Shown: positions 61,865-64,000 of the stretch, in pieces
How positions within the stretch are numbered: the first letter of the stretch is position 1
Layout: the number at the start of each line of letters is the position of its first letter
Source of the DNA: Chrysomallon squamiferum
Taxonomy: Eukaryota > Animalia > Mollusca
Direction of reading: 5' to 3'
Length of the DNA: 64,000 nt
Assembly: GCA_012295275.1 (NCBI GenBank)
Contig: CM022665.1
Coordinates: 34,038,001 to 34,102,000, forward strand
The notes under the pieces: generated by a model
Seen by the model: the letters and a program-made list of their open reading frames with translations, nothing else
The model's database searches: none
Told to the model about the DNA's origin: nothing
Program-made: the position numbers and the translations under genes

Positions 61865-61969
61865 CTTCAGGATCATCCCAAGTCAGGTTAAAATAAACTT
61901 CTCCAGGTTTGTTATCCACAAACTCAAAATTAGACGCTGATATAGAAGTAGCAGGTCCTGGCCTAACCT
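61865..61969 (-). CDS. RTK ectodomain exon, FN3 N-terminal half
   Basis: VRPGPATSISASNFEFVDNKPGEVYFNLTWDDPE (PGP...LTW..P FN3 pattern); long pyrimidine tract plus tag, donor gtctgt, phase 1-1. Confidence 0.85.
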
Positions 61970-62299
61970 CTATAAAACGAAAGAAAGAGAGAAATCCCTC
62001 AAAACCAGACAGTCATGGGACATAGAAAAAAGACCGGTTTGAGGGGTATCAGGGTTATAGAGATTTCAGTACATTTTTCAATTTTCAAATTATTTTAAGC
62101 TTATCATTATTGTTCCAACATGTCCATAATATATACTATAATGAATTATTGTTCTCTATGTTTTCACCAGAACAAACCAAACAGTTTTATTCTTGGTTAT
62201 TCTCTATTTTGTTAAATAAAATCTGCAAAGATAAAAAACAAAACAACAAAATAGGATCCTAACAATTGAAAAAAATTAATTGAATTCGTAGTTGCTTTG

Positions 62300-63361
62300 G
62301 TGTCCTCCCAAAAGTCAGACATCCCATAACGCAGACGCATTAAAACAACACAAGACACAGCTGAGCACATTACTAATGACCTGCCATTTACCTTGAATAG
62401 TACATATAATAAATAATGGAATAGTTCGATACAACTAAATACAGAACACAGAATAAAATTATATCTAATTAAATTTATTTATAGATTTTAACATGTCCAT
62501 TTGTCGCATTTTTATCCTAATTTTAAATCCGGCATCATCATCTACCCTTGTAGAAACCACTTAATCATTTAATGTCTCCGCCTGTGCAACATCAGGTCCG
62601 TTATCCATGGCTTCAAACCACGTATCTTGCTACGATTTGCTCATCTGTAGAAAACACAAGCATGTTATCTTCATTTCCATTGCTAAATAAAAGGTAGCGT
62701 CTCCGTCATATTTCTTTGTACATGGTTCTTCTATGCTGACATCGGCTCTAGTCTGTGGTAGGGCAGTGGTGCACTTCCCAGTACACATTTTTGTCACACA
62801 TCTCCAATGAACATTTTCCCTTCTGGTGCGATTCGTTGCAAATAGAAATCTGTGCAGTATTATTTGTTGTCTACTTTTTTGTGACTGAACAAATTCTACC
62901 CTTCTAAGATCAGCCATGACTATAAAATTTTAGTCTGTTTTTGGTAGGTACATGTAGTTAATGTATAAGAACTTTTATATGTTATGTCTGTGATTGTCTA
63001 CAGTTTAAATGTAGATCAATGAAATACAAGACATTGGTCGTCAGAGACAACATTGTCTTACTGACGTGAAATGAACTGAATACGGATTGCAGTGGAGAAG
63101 CCCATGAACTAAACTCTAAACACAGGGACTTCATAAAACACAGATCTTTACATTTGTTAATTCTGTTTAGCAGATTACAGTTAAGTTCTCCTAGTAATTT
63201 GTGTGGAATTGGTAGATATAATAACAACAACAAGCAGTAGTATGCTGAACAGACTGGAGAGTACCACTAAAGCAGTCGGGGGTGTACATGACCCATTAAA
63301 AAGTTTTGTCTATCAAAAGGCATGTCTGCATTATGGGATGTCTGTCTTTTGGGAGGGAACC
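62300..63361 (-). mobile_element. Non-autonomous Mutator-like (MULE) DNA transposon
   Basis: TIRs: ctcccaaaagtcagacatcccataacgcagac (left) versus the reverse complement of the right end, 30/32 identical; flanking 9-bp near-direct repeats GTTGCTTTG (62291-62299) and GCTGCTTTG (63362-63370); internal FLYWCH-like ORF. Confidence 0.85.
62630..62917 (-). pseudogene. Truncated FLYWCH-type zinc-finger N-terminus of a MULE transposase
   Basis: EFVQSQKSRQQIILHRFLFATNRTRRENVHWRCVTKMCTGKCTT fits the F..SQK...L...F.(F/Y)......W.C....C pattern but lacks the closing His residues. Confidence 0.7.
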
Positions 63362-63830
63362 GCTGCTTTGCCATTCACTGTGGTAACTGTGAGACATACA
63401 CGAAGGCTATGAAAAAGAGCTCAGTCAAATCTGTATGTTAATCAGTAACAACTGAAGTTTGTAACAACTGAACTCAGAATGAAGGGAATATGTGTGTTTT
63501 TTCCAGTTACTTGAACATCAAAGGTTTTAATTAATCCCTTAATTGGTATTTGTCAACTGCACAACAGTGACACTTAATTAGTTTTGCATATTTCACATGT
63601 AAATTTGCATTAAAGGAATGCAGTGGAACTTGATACTTTTGTCTGATGCATTTTAGAGGGGTAAATTTTAGTGTTAAATATACCCAAATATAAAACATGG
63701 TTTTCAGGAGTTTCACTATATATATATATCTTTTAATTGTTATATTATTATTATTACCTATACCATCATCATTATCATTATTATTATCATCAGCATCATT
63801 ATTTGACAAAAAGAAATTTAAGAGAATTAC

Positions 63831-63951
63831 CTGGGGTCTGCACTTCTTCAGTGAACCATTGTGAACCAAATCGCGAAACAGAAGCCACTCGGAATTTAGG
63901 GTGAAGACACACATCAGTGAAATTTGATAAAATGAAGTAACTACTATCAGC
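63831..63951 (-). CDS. RTK ectodomain exon, FN3 C-terminal half; gene continues beyond window
   Basis: ADSSYFILSNFTDVCLHPKFRVASVSRFGSQWFTEEVQTP (FRV..V...GS FN3 pattern); ctatag/gtaatt boundaries, phase 0-1. Confidence 0.82.
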
Positions 63952-64000
63952 CTATAGGAAGCATTGGATAAGAAAGGATCACTGGTACTTACATTAAACA

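Noticed and set aside
61996-62045. Short inverted repeat ccctcaaaacc/ggtttgaggg
   Set aside because: About 10 bp and imperfect; compatible with chance.

Overview
AT-rich, microsatellite-dense invertebrate genomic DNA (probably lophotrochozoan/mollusc-like; taxon is inference). Two convergent genes dominate. (1) A complete two-coding-exon BMP2/4 (dpp) gene on + (2236-2572 + 4333-5234, 412 aa). (2) A large minus-strand receptor tyrosine kinase gene, for which I traced 20 phase-consistent GT-AG exons (63951 down to 14662, about 1157 aa; the 5' end lies beyond the window). It has FN3-like ectodomain repeats, one TM helix, an intact kinase and a ~350-aa acidic/Ser-rich tail. The two introns nearest BMP2/4 are 13.6 and 15.9 kb, whereas the others are about 2 kb or less once the LTR element is removed. 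These large introns contain enhancer/promoter-like patches, including a CpG-retaining island with a possible small Pol III-type cassette. Transposons in RTK introns: a full-length Ty3/Gypsy (Mag-like) element with apparently identical 187-bp LTRs and a tRNA-Ser(GCU) PBS, a MULE/FLYWCH derivative, a Tigger/pogo deletion derivative and a probable hAT remnant. Several tandem repeats are also present. No unambiguous novel system is demonstrable from sequence alone. The best leads are the BMP2/4-RTK regulatory-block architecture and the 18.2-18.6 kb intronic promoter/small-RNA candidate.
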